Assembly: GCA_051382295.1 (NCBI GenBank)
Contig: JBBCAW010000062.1
Location: forward strand, 50,040-114,039
Direction: 5' to 3'
Length of the DNA: 64,000 nucleotides
Origin: Bdellovibrionota bacterium FG-1
GTDB lineage: Bacteria; Bdellovibrionota; UBA1018
Shown here: one piece after another, positions 39,099 to 49,781 of the stretch
Layout: each line of letters opens with the position of its first letter
Numbering within the stretch: position 1 is the stretch's first letter
Made by a program: the position numbers and the translations under genes
The notes under the pieces: model-generated
Databases searched by the model: none
Seen by the model: the letters and a program-made list of their open reading frames with translations, nothing else
Told to the model about the DNA's origin: nothing

Positions 39099-41254
39099 TG
39101 CGCTGCGCTATTAATAAAAAAGGTTTTGGTTGCGACGAACTCGGCTCTAGGAGAAAACCAAAAGGCATGCTTCGTCATCTTTTACCGCTTCTTGCCCTTT
39201 CCTTGACCTTGGATCACATTGCACCCCAACTGGGTTGGGGGGGGCAACTTTCTGAGCCCATGCCACTCAAAACTACAAACGAAGCACCCACCGCCTCAGC
39301 TGCGGAGAACCGCGATTTTCGCGAAATTTCGACTCTTTATGCACGCGGCGCTTTTGAAGCCACACTCATCAAGCTGGATATTTTCGAACGCAGATACCCA
39401 CAAAGCCCTCTAGCTCCCCAAGTAGCCAATCTTCACGGATTGAGCTTCCTGCTGACTCAACGACCTTCCCAGGCAATCGCACACTTTAAACATGCACTGG
39501 CGGTGGGAGCCGATCATCCAACGCTGATCCCCTATCTCAACTACAATTTGGCCGACGCCCAATTCGAGGCCAAACAACTCGATGACGCCCGAAAAACAGC
39601 CTCAACGATCGATCTCGATCGCATGGATAAAGAAAACCGACTCAAGGTTCTCTATCTGCGGGCTCGAATCCACTCCCAACGCGGCTTACCCCTTGAGGCC
39701 GCTCGGGAGGCTCTGAATGCCGGAAAGCTCGCCCTTCCGCAAATGCAGATGACCCAGGCAACGCCAGGAGAAACTCGCAATGCCATCGCCAATATTCTAG
39801 AGCAAAATCTTAAGGCCATCAAAGATCCAGGTGAACTTGAGGATTTATATCAAGGCTCTGAAGACTCTACCTTAGCCGATGCCGTATTGTTTAGGCTGGG
39901 CACGATTGAACTCGAGAATGGTGCCAATGAAAAAGGGACAACTCATCTTAAACTCCTCATGACCCGCTTTGCGGATAGCCCACATTATGCTCAAGCTGCT
40001 GCATGGGTTCAAAATAGCGCCAAAACTAATCCATCTCCGTCCCCCACTAGCCTGACACCTCCCGGTCGAGACGGTGGCCCAGTCGACGGAAAAGCCGTAG
40101 GGATTCTCCTGCCCATGCGGGGCAAGTTTGCCAAGTTTGGAACCAGAACGTTGCAAGGCATTGAGCTCGGGTTCAAGATCTTCAACGCCAACGAACCCGA
40201 TAATAAAATCACTCTTTTTGTCGAAGATAGCGGAGAAGACCCTGAGACAACAATCAAGGCCCTCGACAAACTCGTCAAACAACACCATGTTATTGCCGTC
40301 ATTGGCCCCTTACTCAGCAAGGGGATTGACCAAGTGACGAGCCATGCCGAGGAGCTGGGCATTCCCCTGATTTCTCTGGCCCGCCACCCAGGAATCCAAT
40401 CAGATTTTATTTTTCAGGCGGGACTTACCATTAAACTTCAGGCTCAGGAGATCGCGCGTTTTGCGATTGAAAAGCTGGGCCTAAAACGTTTTGCGATTAT
40501 TTACCCTCGAGACAAAACGGGCGAAGACAGCATGCAACGTTTTTGGGACGCAGTAGAATCATACGGTGGGAAAATTCGAGGCGTCGAGTCTTTTAACCCT
40601 GGCGAAACGGACTTTAGACAGGCTATTGACCGTCTCTCTGGCCTTTATTACACAGATGCGCGGGAAAAAGAACTGGAAGAACTTGCACGCCAACGCCAAC
40701 TCAATAATATCAAAAAACGCACTCGCAAGACCGAACAGTACTTTGCACTGCGTCCCGAGGTCGATTACGATGCCGTTTTTGTGCCAGAAGAGCCTAAGGT
40801 TGCGGGACAGATTTTACCCACTTTCGCTTACCGCGACGTAGACCACATCAAATTTCTGGGAACCTCTGCCTGGAACTCACCTGAACTATCGGCCCGCGCA
40901 GCCAACTATGCGGAGAGTGCGTATTTTTCTGACGCATGGATACCTGATAGTTCTTCACCAGCGGCCCGCAAGTACGCTGAACACTTCAAAGCAACATTTG
41001 ATCAAGAGCCGGGAACAATGGATGCCCTAGCTTATGATAGTGCCCGCCTTTTAGACAGTATTTTGAGCCAACACTCGTCGATCGGTCGATCTGACCTACG
41101 AGATAAACTCAAAGAGATCAAAATGTTTCCCGGAGTCACCGGACAAATATCATACAAAGAAGGTCAGCTGAGTCGAAACCTCAAAATTTTGACGGTAAAA
41201 GGTCCAAAAATTATCGAAGCCGCCGTCCCAGCACTGTCCCAGCCCGAAAAATAG
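39098..41254 (+). CDS. TPR + periplasmic binding fold protein (LpoA-like penicillin-binding protein activator)
   Basis: N-terminal TPR-like helices; VGILLPMRG, VIGPL, ALAYD; start may be ATG 39167. Confidence 0.8.
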   Translation: MRCAINKKGFGCDELGSRRKPKGMLRHLLPLLALSLTLDHIAPQLGWGGQLSEPMPLKTTNEAPTASAAENRDFREISTLYARGAFEATLIKLDIFERRYPQSPLAPQVANLHGLSFLLTQRPSQAIAHFKHALAVGADHPTLIPYLNYNLADAQFEAKQLDDARKTASTIDLDRMDKENRLKVLYLRARIHSQRGLPLEAAREALNAGKLALPQMQMTQATPGETRNAIANILEQNLKAIKDPGELEDLYQGSEDSTLADAVLFRLGTIELENGANEKGTTHLKLLMTRFADSPHYAQAAAWVQNSAKTNPSPSPTSLTPPGRDGGPVDGKAVGILLPMRGKFAKFGTRTLQGIELGFKIFNANEPDNKITLFVEDSGEDPETTIKALDKLVKQHHVIAVIGPLLSKGIDQVTSHAEELGIPLISLARHPGIQSDFIFQAGLTIKLQAQEIARFAIEKLGLKRFAIIYPRDKTGEDSMQRFWDAVESYGGKIRGVESFNPGETDFRQAIDRLSGLYYTDAREKELEELARQRQLNNIKKRTRKTEQYFALRPEVDYDAVFVPEEPKVAGQILPTFAYRDVDHIKFLGTSAWNSPELSARAANYAESAYFSDAWIPDSSSPAARKYAEHFKATFDQEPGTMDALAYDSARLLDSILSQHSSIGRSDLRDKLKEIKMFPGVTGQISYKEGQLSRNLKILTVKGPKIIEAAVPALSQPEK

Positions 41255-41354
41255 ACCCGGCAATATCTGCCCTCTTTGCGATGCGCAAAAACCCCGTCAT
41301 ACTAAAACAAAGGAGCATGATGCTCCCTTGAATAGGATCAGTCAGGAGGACTGA

Positions 41355-42761
41355 GTGGGATTGCGCTTTGACCCGATCGGTGGGGGTCAATTCAAACAAG
41401 CCGTCAAAGCGATGGTGGACGCTGAAAGCCAGCCTATCCGCCAGATGGAGGTGCGTAAACAACGCGACGAAGCCAAGCTCAAGCTTTTTCAGGAATTCAA
41501 AAATAAATTTCAAGGCATCGATAAAGCGATTACCGAGCTCGGTTCCTTTCAAAAATTTCGAGAACTCAAAGTGGATCTGGGTGAAGGTGCTAACAGCGTA
41601 TCCGTCACCATCGATCGCGAGAAAGCCCAGCCCGGCAGTTACGAACTTGAAATCGATCAATTGGCCGCTAGAAGTTCCATGATCTCCAACGGCTTTGACA
41701 GTTGTGAGGAGCCCATTTTGGGAATGGGCTTTATCACGATGCAGCTGGCGAACGGCGAATCCGCCGAGATCTATGTGGATGATTCTGATTCGAGTTTGCG
41801 TGGCGTAGCCAATTTGATCAATAAGGAGGCTGACTCGCCGGTGCGCGCGGCGGTCATCAAAGATGCCGGAGACCCAGAAACTCCATGGCGCCTCATTATT
41901 TCGGCAAAAAAAGACGGCGCAGACAACGCGATCAATTTTCCGGATTTTTACTTCCTCGATGGGGCTCAAGATTTTTACGTCGACGATAATCGTGACGCGG
42001 AAAACGCGCGAATCCAAGTCGATGGATTTTCGCTTGAGGCCGATAGCAACGATATCACCGACTTTTTACCGGGGATCAACATCCATCTCAAACAAGCCAA
42101 GCCGGACCAACCCTTTATGATGATGATCACCCAAGATTATCAAAAGATTGCCGGAAAGATGAAGTTCTTGGTTGAGGAAGTTAATAAAGTTCTTGATTTC
42201 ATCGTCAAACAAAATCAGATCGACGAAAAATCCGACACCCGTACGACATTTGCTGGTGATACCACCCTTCAAAGTATCGAATATCGCATCCGTAATCTGA
42301 TGCACGAAGGTTACCCTACCGGCGATCCCGAAAGTGATGACTTCAAACTCGTTTTCCTGAACCAGCTGGGCGTTGAGTTTCAAAAAGACGGTACCCTTCA
42401 ATTCAAGGAAGAAAAGTTTCAAAAAACGCTCGAAAAGGATTTTGACGGAATCTCTCAGGCCATATCCGGCGAAATCGGTTTTGCTCAACAAATGCGTGGT
42501 GCTTTGGATGCGTTTACCCGCGGAACCACCGGCATCTTAGCGACACGCGAAACCGGACTCAGAGCACGGATCAAGGAAATGGACCACCAAATCGAAACTA
42601 AACAAGCGCAAGTGGACCGCAAGCAGCAGGCCCTGACGGAGCAATTTGCGCGTCTCGAAGGATCTTTGTCGACCATGCAGCGTCAGTCGCAGTACCTGTC
42701 CGCCACGATGCCCGGTGCGGGCGGCGGCGGAAACTTAGTCTCTCAACTTTTAGGCGGTTGA
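41355..42761 (+). CDS. fliD: Flagellar filament cap FliD
   Basis: GSYELEIDQLA, SLRGVANLIN, QFARLE C-terminus; followed by fliS. Confidence 0.92.
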   Translation: MGLRFDPIGGGQFKQAVKAMVDAESQPIRQMEVRKQRDEAKLKLFQEFKNKFQGIDKAITELGSFQKFRELKVDLGEGANSVSVTIDREKAQPGSYELEIDQLAARSSMISNGFDSCEEPILGMGFITMQLANGESAEIYVDDSDSSLRGVANLINKEADSPVRAAVIKDAGDPETPWRLIISAKKDGADNAINFPDFYFLDGAQDFYVDDNRDAENARIQVDGFSLEADSNDITDFLPGINIHLKQAKPDQPFMMMITQDYQKIAGKMKFLVEEVNKVLDFIVKQNQIDEKSDTRTTFAGDTTLQSIEYRIRNLMHEGYPTGDPESDDFKLVFLNQLGVEFQKDGTLQFKEEKFQKTLEKDFDGISQAISGEIGFAQQMRGALDAFTRGTTGILATRETGLRARIKEMDHQIETKQAQVDRKQQALTEQFARLEGSLSTMQRQSQYLSATMPGAGGGGNLVSQLLGG

Positions 42762-42789
42762 TTGTTTTAACTAGGAGAATCAATAGGTT

Positions 42790-43179
42790 ATGGTTAATAA
42801 TTTCGGAGCTAATCACTACAAGCAAATGGCGGTGAAAACCGCAAGCCGCGGCCAGATCTTGCTGATGCTTTACGAAGCAGCGATCAAAAACGTCAAATTT
42901 GCGACGCAAGCAATCGAGCGAAAGGATCTGGTGCAAAAAGGCCTCTACATCGGAAAAGCCCACGACATCATCAACGAATTGACGAGCACCCTCAATTTTG
43001 ACGTCGGCGGAGACATTGCTCGAAATCTCGAACGACTGTACAATTTTATCGTGGAACAGTTGATCAAAGCCAATATCGAAAGCAGCAAGGAACCCCTCAT
43101 TGCGGTTCAAAAAGTTTTGGAAACCCTCCATGAGGGCTGGAAGGTTGCAGTCGAACAGGTCAACAGGGGCGTGAAGTGA
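42790..43179 (+). CDS. fliS: Flagellin export chaperone FliS
   Basis: TASRGQILLMLYEAAI, IARNLERLYNF, LHEGW. Confidence 0.96.
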   Translation: MVNNFGANHYKQMAVKTASRGQILLMLYEAAIKNVKFATQAIERKDLVQKGLYIGKAHDIINELTSTLNFDVGGDIARNLERLYNFIVEQLIKANIESSKEPLIAVQKVLETLHEGWKVAVEQVNRGVK

Positions 43180-43628
43180 GGGAAAGTATGGCGCCGACAT
43201 CATACGTCATTAAGCTTCTTGCTAGCAAAAATCGCTATCTGCGACGCTATTTGTCGATCTCCCAGGATTTTCTGGCAAACGCTTTAACCGGCAATTTATC
43301 TCAACTTTTTGAGGTTGAACAAAAGCGCGAAAAACTGATTCAAGCGATCGGCGTTCATAATCGAAAAATTTCTGACCTCATTAGAGACCTTTCACCTGAA
43401 TTTCGAACACCTGACCTAGTGGCATGCGCTCAAGCCCAAATGACAGAAGAGGCTGAGGTCGTTCAAAGCATCCTGAAGGTCGATGATCAAATTATTGAAT
43501 GTATCGAGCTCGAAAAATTACGACTTAAAAAGGAACTGTTACAGGCCCAAAAACGTAAATATTTAGCAGGTCGCTTTAAAAGCGGGTGGATTTCCGAATC
43601 TGGAGAAGGACTGGATAAAAAAGTATGA
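43176..43628 (+). CDS. FliT/FlgN-like helical flagellar chaperone (putative)
   Basis: Position after fliS, helical, QKREKLIQAI. Confidence 0.5.
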   Translation: MRESMAPTSYVIKLLASKNRYLRRYLSISQDFLANALTGNLSQLFEVEQKREKLIQAIGVHNRKISDLIRDLSPEFRTPDLVACAQAQMTEEAEVVQSILKVDDQIIECIELEKLRLKKELLQAQKRKYLAGRFKSGWISESGEGLDKKV

Positions 43629-44776
43629 GTGACATTCGAGAGATTGTGAACAAGCAGTTGAGGCAGGGCGAACTCGATTTAATAGACGTGGTCGCGATTC
43701 CACAAAACGGTGACCGAATGGTCAGACTTCGTACTCTCGAAGAGGCGCTGGATGATTTTCACAGCAACAATTCCTCCGAAACCGTGAGTTATCTGATTCA
43801 AGTCAAGCCGTCTGATGGGCCCATGGCCGCCAAAAAACCAAGCGCCACCACCGCTTCCCCAACAGGCCAGAACATTTACACGCCCGACGGGAAGTTGAAC
43901 GTTCCCTACCTGACTCAAAATGCTGAAATACTTTTCAAGGCAGGTGAAGTCTTATTGGCTCGAAACGTCTTTAAGGCCATTCACGACTCTGGCGAACGGA
44001 CCGGAATGGCCCTTTTCGGGATCGGACGTTGTAATGAGGCGGAGGGAAAGTTGGACGAAGCTCGAGCTAACTATGAGGAGTCCATTGCCTACCACCCAAC
44101 GCTAGAGATCTATCATCGTTTGGCAGCTCTCCTCACCGAACAAAAAAAGGAACAACTCGCTGCTGAGGTTTTTGAACGCGCACTCAGTCTTAAGGACCTA
44201 GATCTCACCACTCGTTTTGAGCTTCATAAGGCTTGCGGCAATTGTTGGACACGAGCCAAAGTACCGGCATCAGCCGAACACCACTTCAAGTCGGCGCTAG
44301 AGGTTGATCCCTCTGCGGACGAAATTCGCTCGAATCTCGCCGCTCTTCACCTTCAACAACAAAACTCGGGGGAGGCTAAACGTCACTTTGAGGATGCTCT
44401 CGCCTCAAACCCAAAAAATGACCGCGCGGAAATTGGACTCGCCTCTTGTTACCTGGCCGAAGGCGATAAACGCCAGGCTCACGACCATTTTGCCAAGGCT
44501 CTTGAAATCAATATTCAAAATCCTACGGCGATTTACCATCTCGTGAAATGTGCCTACGATATCCGCAGTTACGCCACCGCAGCTCGCGTGGTTGAGGACT
44601 ATATCGAGGTGGCCCCAGTCAACCCGAATTTACTCTATAGCTTGGCGGGGCTTCAATTTCATTTGGGTCGAGGTAACGATGCTCGGCATACCGCAAATCA
44701 GATTTTGCAAATGAGTCCGGAACACAATGGAGCTAAGGAGCTTATCAAACTGATCGACCGTTTTATCCAAGCATGA
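43625..44776 (+). CDS. TPR-repeat protein
   Basis: Repeated A...F..AL...P patterns. Confidence 0.88.
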   Translation: MSDIREIVNKQLRQGELDLIDVVAIPQNGDRMVRLRTLEEALDDFHSNNSSETVSYLIQVKPSDGPMAAKKPSATTASPTGQNIYTPDGKLNVPYLTQNAEILFKAGEVLLARNVFKAIHDSGERTGMALFGIGRCNEAEGKLDEARANYEESIAYHPTLEIYHRLAALLTEQKKEQLAAEVFERALSLKDLDLTTRFELHKACGNCWTRAKVPASAEHHFKSALEVDPSADEIRSNLAALHLQQQNSGEAKRHFEDALASNPKNDRAEIGLASCYLAEGDKRQAHDHFAKALEINIQNPTAIYHLVKCAYDIRSYATAARVVEDYIEVAPVNPNLLYSLAGLQFHLGRGNDARHTANQILQMSPEHNGAKELIKLIDRFIQA

Positions 44777-44809
44777 AGCTTGAAGAAAACATTCTGTCAT
44801 GGAGGACGA

Positions 44810-44971
44810 ATGGCTGTAGATACAACTCTTCTAAAAGGTGAAGTCGTCGCGGAACCCAAGGTCGATAAGCTCGATGTGGAGGGCTTGCTCGCTGATTTTT
44901 TGCGAGCTTTATTAGTTGAACAGAACATTGAAACGGGCCAGATGAGACAAGAAAGACCGGTGCAACAATGA
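44810..44971 (+). CDS. Small 53-aa hypothetical protein
   Basis: GGAGGA RBS; stop overlaps the next start (ATGA). Confidence 0.55.
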   Translation: MAVDTTLLKGEVVAEPKVDKLDVEGLLADFLRALLVEQNIETGQMRQERPVQQ

Positions 44972-46812
44972 GTGCATCCACTGAGTCCCCGCAAACCTCA
45001 ATTACTCCGACGGCCAAACCCATTCGATGTTTGGTCATTCAACTCACCAGACTGGGGGACACTCTCCAGAGCCTCATGGCGTTAAGGGCGGCGAAACAGC
45101 TTTACCCTCAGCTTGAAATTCATTTTGTGGCACGGGAACGTTTCGCAGCCGCCGCCAAACGTACTCCTTGGATTGAAAGTGTGATTACCCTGCCCACCGA
45201 CCAAATCTTGGGCTCTGTCATTCGTGGCGAAAAGCCCGAACAGCAGGCGATGGGCGATTTAGCCCGTTGGGTCGCGCCTTTAGTCGAAAAACCCTGGGAT
45301 CTTGTAGTCAATTGGTCCTATTCCGAATCTAGCAGCTTCTTGACTGGACTTGTCCCTGCCTTTATCAAGCTTGGATATACTCGCAACCGGGACAAAAGCT
45401 TTTCGAGCGCAGATGGCTGGAGCCATTTCATTCAGGCCATTGTTCAAGGCGGGGTTCCTCAAAATATCCACCTGACGGACGTTTTGACCACTCAGCTGTT
45501 GACCGCCCTCCAAATTCATTTTGGTGACCCTACCAACGATGGCAACGCACCCGTGACATCCAAAAGTTTTTTTCAACTTGAAATGGGCGAGCGGGACCTG
45601 GTTTGGGGTGATTTTTCGCGTAAATGGATTGGCTTCCAACTCGGTGCTGGCCATCCCAGTAAAACTTGGGATCCCTCCCACTGGGCGGGGCTCGCGCGGC
45701 AAATTCTTAATAAACATCCGGAATGCAGCATTGTCTTGTTAGGTGGCAAAGATGATTCGGACCGCGCGCGACAGTTCATGACCCATCTCAACCTGGACGA
45801 GAAAGAGCAACGCCTCGTATTATCACTCGTAGGTGAAACCGACTTTGATCTCTGGGCTTCGGTGGTCGGGCGGTGCTCGTGGGTTTTTGCGGGTGATACG
45901 GCTGTGGTTCATCTTGCCAGTGTTTTAGGTACCCGCGTTTTCAACCTTTCTATCGGTCCTGTTCGCTGGTCCGAAACGGGTCCCTATGGCAACGGCCATT
46001 ATGTCATTGCATCGAACCGACCTTGTGAAGCATGCCTGACCAAGAATGCGCAAAAAGAACATTCGTGTCGATGGGATCTCACGGCAAAGGCGGTTTTTGC
46101 CGCTTGGTCCTATGCTGCCACAGAATGGGCTCACCGACGTCAAGAAACGCTGGAAAATCACTTTGAACAAATGGGCTGTACCGAACTCGCCCAATCGGTT
46201 CAAATCCTTCGGACGCGAATTCGTAATTCCGGGGATGGTGGGGGCGTCGTTTACGAGAACCTATTCCATCGCCCCCTTTCGTTTGAAACCTGGCTCGGAA
46301 TGTCCATTGGCCATATCGCTCGCGCTTGGTACTGTGGCTGGGTGCCCCCGATTGGCCAAGAACTCTCGCGACAAATGATCAGTCCACAATTAGTGCAGCG
46401 ACTCAGGGAGCTTCAAGAAAGCTCGTTAGTCATGACTCGAATTTGCGAACAAGCAGTCAAGGCCGCTCAAGAACTCAAAGCACGCAGCTCTCGTCTACGT
46501 TCCGACCGAGTCATGGGCATACGAGATCGAGAGGAACTTCGAACGCTTGGCCGTAAGCTGATGGATTTGGACTCGCTCGTAGAACGGATGGGCAAAGCCA
46601 ACCCTTCGCTCTTGGGCTTTACCCAGATGTCAAAGGTACTGATGCATAATCTCAAAAGTACACAGCTCGCCGATCTGGGTGAGGAAAGCGCCAATTCATA
46701 TCGGCAACTCCTCGATGGAGTCAATATTCTCAACGAATGGCTCAAACATACCCTGAGCCTCGCTAAGCCGATGGCGGTCCGGGCCGTCAAAGATCAGGAG
46801 CTCATTCGATGA
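44968..46812 (+). CDS. Glycosyltransferase family 9 protein with long helical C-terminal extension
   Basis: QLTRLGD, QLGAGHPSKTW, GDTAVVHLA, GPY. Confidence 0.9.
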   Translation: MSASTESPQTSITPTAKPIRCLVIQLTRLGDTLQSLMALRAAKQLYPQLEIHFVARERFAAAAKRTPWIESVITLPTDQILGSVIRGEKPEQQAMGDLARWVAPLVEKPWDLVVNWSYSESSSFLTGLVPAFIKLGYTRNRDKSFSSADGWSHFIQAIVQGGVPQNIHLTDVLTTQLLTALQIHFGDPTNDGNAPVTSKSFFQLEMGERDLVWGDFSRKWIGFQLGAGHPSKTWDPSHWAGLARQILNKHPECSIVLLGGKDDSDRARQFMTHLNLDEKEQRLVLSLVGETDFDLWASVVGRCSWVFAGDTAVVHLASVLGTRVFNLSIGPVRWSETGPYGNGHYVIASNRPCEACLTKNAQKEHSCRWDLTAKAVFAAWSYAATEWAHRRQETLENHFEQMGCTELAQSVQILRTRIRNSGDGGGVVYENLFHRPLSFETWLGMSIGHIARAWYCGWVPPIGQELSRQMISPQLVQRLRELQESSLVMTRICEQAVKAAQELKARSSRLRSDRVMGIRDREELRTLGRKLMDLDSLVERMGKANPSLLGFTQMSKVLMHNLKSTQLADLGEESANSYRQLLDGVNILNEWLKHTLSLAKPMAVRAVKDQELIR

Positions 46813-47402
46813 ATCACTTTATTCTCAATGGCAAAGCATTCCAAATCGACGTCTCTCAAGAACAAAAGGTCCAAGAATTTATGGACCACGTCCGCCGGCA
46901 ATTCAACTCCGATGCGGCAATCATTGCTTCGATTCGGGTCAACGGAAACGAATTGGATGGTGACGGCGAAGCAGCGATCGCGGAGCTTCCTCTGTCAGAA
47001 ATTGACTCGGTTGAAGTATTCACCGCCCATCCGCGCGAACTCGCCGAAGAGACCCTTCAGTCGCTCATGGAGTTCACGACCCATCTGGAAAAACTCAGCC
47101 GCCAGTCGGCATCCAAACTCGAGGCCAAAGTGACGCCTTCCGAGTTTCTCCGACTCGTCGATGGAATTGAGACTTTTACGGACGCCCTCATGCAAACCAA
47201 GCAAATCCTCCGTATCGGCCGGATGGAGCCGATCAACGTACTTGAAGCAGACCTAGCTTCAATCCTAAAAGATCTCGTTGAATTTACGGAAAGTGGTCAA
47301 AAAGATTATGTCATTGACCTGCTCAAGAACCATCTGCCAATCAATTTGGAAGATTGGCGACGTGAGGGAATTCCCGCTCTCATTCGCTCTCGCGATAGCT
47401 AA
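46809..47402 (+). CDS. Hypothetical protein, last gene of the fliD operon
   Basis: ATGA-coupled ORF with protein-like composition. Confidence 0.7.
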   Translation: MNHFILNGKAFQIDVSQEQKVQEFMDHVRRQFNSDAAIIASIRVNGNELDGDGEAAIAELPLSEIDSVEVFTAHPRELAEETLQSLMEFTTHLEKLSRQSASKLEAKVTPSEFLRLVDGIETFTDALMQTKQILRIGRMEPINVLEADLASILKDLVEFTESGQKDYVIDLLKNHLPINLEDWRREGIPALIRSRDS

Positions 47403-47416
47403 GATCCCGCTCAGTT

Positions 47417-48766
47417 TTATTCAAAATCAGGATTGAGCAGGTCCAGTTTTTCTTTGAGCTGTTTTTCATAACCTACGGATTTGGGCTCATAAAATCGACG
47501 TCCAACCAGCTCCTTAGGTAAATGACTTTGCCGCGCACGCTGTTGGCCCTGATCATGGGCATAGCGATAACCTTGGCCGTACCCTTCGGCTTTCATTAAC
47601 CCTGTAGCGGCATTTCGCAAATGCATCGGCACAGGCAGCGCGCCCGTGGCATGCACCTCAGCGATGGCCCGATCAATCCCCATGTAGCTTGCGTTACTTT
47701 TAGGAGCGAGGGCAAGGTAAGTGACAGCCTGCGCGAGATTAATTCTAGCCTCAGGTAATCCCACAAACTCCACGGCTTCTTTAGCCGCAAGCGCGATTTG
47801 AAGTCCACGAGGATCGGCATTACCCACATCTTCAGAGGCCAAAATAACCAACCTGCGAACAATAAAAAGAGGATCTTCCCCCCCTTCGAGCATGCGTGCC
47901 AGATAATATAAACCGGCATGAGGGTCGCTATCGCGCAGACTTTTGATAAAAGCCGAAATCACGTTGTGGTGTTCTTCGCCGCTTTTGTCGTACGGTATGG
48001 GTTGTCGCTCCAAGGCACTTTCGAGCGCAGCCTGAACCTCACCGACCGAAAGCGCCTTTTCGTTACCACCCGCATAAAGAGCGACACTTTCCAGGGCTGT
48101 CAACGCCCGTCGCGCATCACCTTCGGCCGTAGATCCAATCCATGCAATGGCTTCAGAAGTAAGCTTCAAAAATCCACCCAGCCCTCGTTCTGAATCAGCC
48201 AACGCCTTTTCAATAATTCGCTCGATCGCGTTGAAATCTAACCTTTCCAATCGGATCACGCGAGCACGCGACAACAATGCTGAATTCAGTTCAAAAGAGG
48301 GATTTTCAGTCGTCGCACCGACTAAAGTTACCGTCCCGTTTTCGACATGAGGCAAAAGGGCATCTTGCTGGGACTTGTTAAAGCGATGAATCTCATCCAC
48401 AAATAAAATCGTCTTGCGACGACTCATTCGCCACGTTTGCCGAGCACGCTCAACCGACTCCTTAATATCCTTAACTCCAGAAAGCACAGCGCTCAGACTT
48501 TCAAAGCCTGACTGAGTTCGTTGGGCCATAATCTGAGCCAATGTCGTTTTTCCACAGCCAGGAGGCCCCCAAAGGACGAGCGAAGGCACTCGATCGGTCT
48601 CAACCCACTGACGAAGAGGCTTACCCGGGCCTAAAACTCGTTCTTGGCCAACAAATTCATCCAAGGTACGGGGCCTCATCCGGTGGGCCAGGGGCGCCCC
48701 TGGTCGACCAGGGTCACTGGGCCCTGAAAAATTATTTTCAGAATAATCGAACAGATCAGGTGGCAA
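47417..48766 (-). CDS. rarA: Replication-associated recombination protein RarA
   Basis: PLAHRMRP, GPPGCGKTT, VDEIHRFNKSQQD, GATTENP; start uncertain (TTG 48766 has an AAGGA RBS). Confidence 0.96.
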   Translation of the reverse strand: MPPDLFDYSENNFSGPSDPGRPGAPLAHRMRPRTLDEFVGQERVLGPGKPLRQWVETDRVPSLVLWGPPGCGKTTLAQIMAQRTQSGFESLSAVLSGVKDIKESVERARQTWRMSRRKTILFVDEIHRFNKSQQDALLPHVENGTVTLVGATTENPSFELNSALLSRARVIRLERLDFNAIERIIEKALADSERGLGGFLKLTSEAIAWIGSTAEGDARRALTALESVALYAGGNEKALSVGEVQAALESALERQPIPYDKSGEEHHNVISAFIKSLRDSDPHAGLYYLARMLEGGEDPLFIVRRLVILASEDVGNADPRGLQIALAAKEAVEFVGLPEARINLAQAVTYLALAPKSNASYMGIDRAIAEVHATGALPVPMHLRNAATGLMKAEGYGQGYRYAHDQGQQRARQSHLPKELVGRRFYEPKSVGYEKQLKEKLDLLNPDFE

Positions 48767-48802
48767 GCTCACGTCCTTTGCATTACGCTCTATCACACGA
48801 CC

Positions 48803-49756
48803 ATGGCCAAACACAGCTCATCTCCTCAAACTGCCCCCCCCGGCCTTTCTTTCAAAAATAGAAAAATCGGTTTTGTTCTTAAGCACCAACAACCCGAAGC
48901 GGCCGATCAGGCTCGAGAGCTATGCAAATTTATCCTGACGCAAGGCTTCGGAGCCGTCTTTGCTGACGAAAGTTCAGGAGTAGTCCTCAGCATTAAAAAG
49001 ACGATGAAACCCTCTGAGCGCTCACGGGTCACCATCGTCAAAAAGCCAAAGCTCGTAGATGTTTGTGATTTAATTGTGGTTTTAGGTGGAGATGGGACTT
49101 ACCTCAGTATTGCCCGGTTGATGAAGAACCGAAGCGTTCCAGTGATGGGCGTGAATATGGGGCAACTTGGTTTTTTGACTGAAATCAAACGCACAGAAGC
49201 ACTTGAAACCATAAGCTCACTGCTTCGCGGCATGCCGCCTGTCATCAGTGAGCGCGCCCTGCTCGAAGTTACCCTCGAACGAAAAGGGAAGATCATTTTT
49301 CACGGTCCAGTGGTTAATGATGCGGTCGTATCAAAGGGAGCGATTGCCCGGATTATCGAGTTAGAAGTCGGCGTCAACGGAAAGTGGCTTCACAGGGTTC
49401 GAGCCGACGGGGTCATCGTAAGTACTCCGACCGGATCCACTGCCTACAGCTTGGCAGCAGGGGGACCCATCATCGAGCCCTCTCTCCCTGCATTGATCCT
49501 CACTGCAATTTGCCCTCACAGTCTAACGCAACGCCCCCTCGTTATTCCCGATAGCGCAGAGATCCAGATTCACCTCAAACAACGTCCAGGGCATGTTTTT
49601 CTTACTTTAGACGGGCAAGACGTGGTCGATATGAAAGAAGGTGACGTGGTGAACATCCGTCGTTTCAAAAAACACTCACTCAAGTTGATTTCTTCACCCA
49701 CAAGGGATTATTTTGGATTACTAAGAGAGAAACTCAGGTTCGGTGAACGAGCCTAA
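48803..49756 (+). CDS. nadK: NAD kinase
   Basis: LGGDGT, GQLGFL, STPTGSTAYSLAAGGP. Confidence 0.97.
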   Translation: MAKHSSSPQTAPPGLSFKNRKIGFVLKHQQPEAADQARELCKFILTQGFGAVFADESSGVVLSIKKTMKPSERSRVTIVKKPKLVDVCDLIVVLGGDGTYLSIARLMKNRSVPVMGVNMGQLGFLTEIKRTEALETISSLLRGMPPVISERALLEVTLERKGKIIFHGPVVNDAVVSKGAIARIIELEVGVNGKWLHRVRADGVIVSTPTGSTAYSLAAGGPIIEPSLPALILTAICPHSLTQRPLVIPDSAEIQIHLKQRPGHVFLTLDGQDVVDMKEGDVVNIRRFKKHSLKLISSPTRDYFGLLREKLRFGERA

Positions 49757-49781
49757 CTTCTCCTATGAGGTCCTTTTTTGA

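Noticed and set aside
41211..43203. Long antisense ORFs (268 aa and 201 aa) over fliD/fliS
   Set aside because: Antisense shadows of well-supported genes with no recognisable motifs
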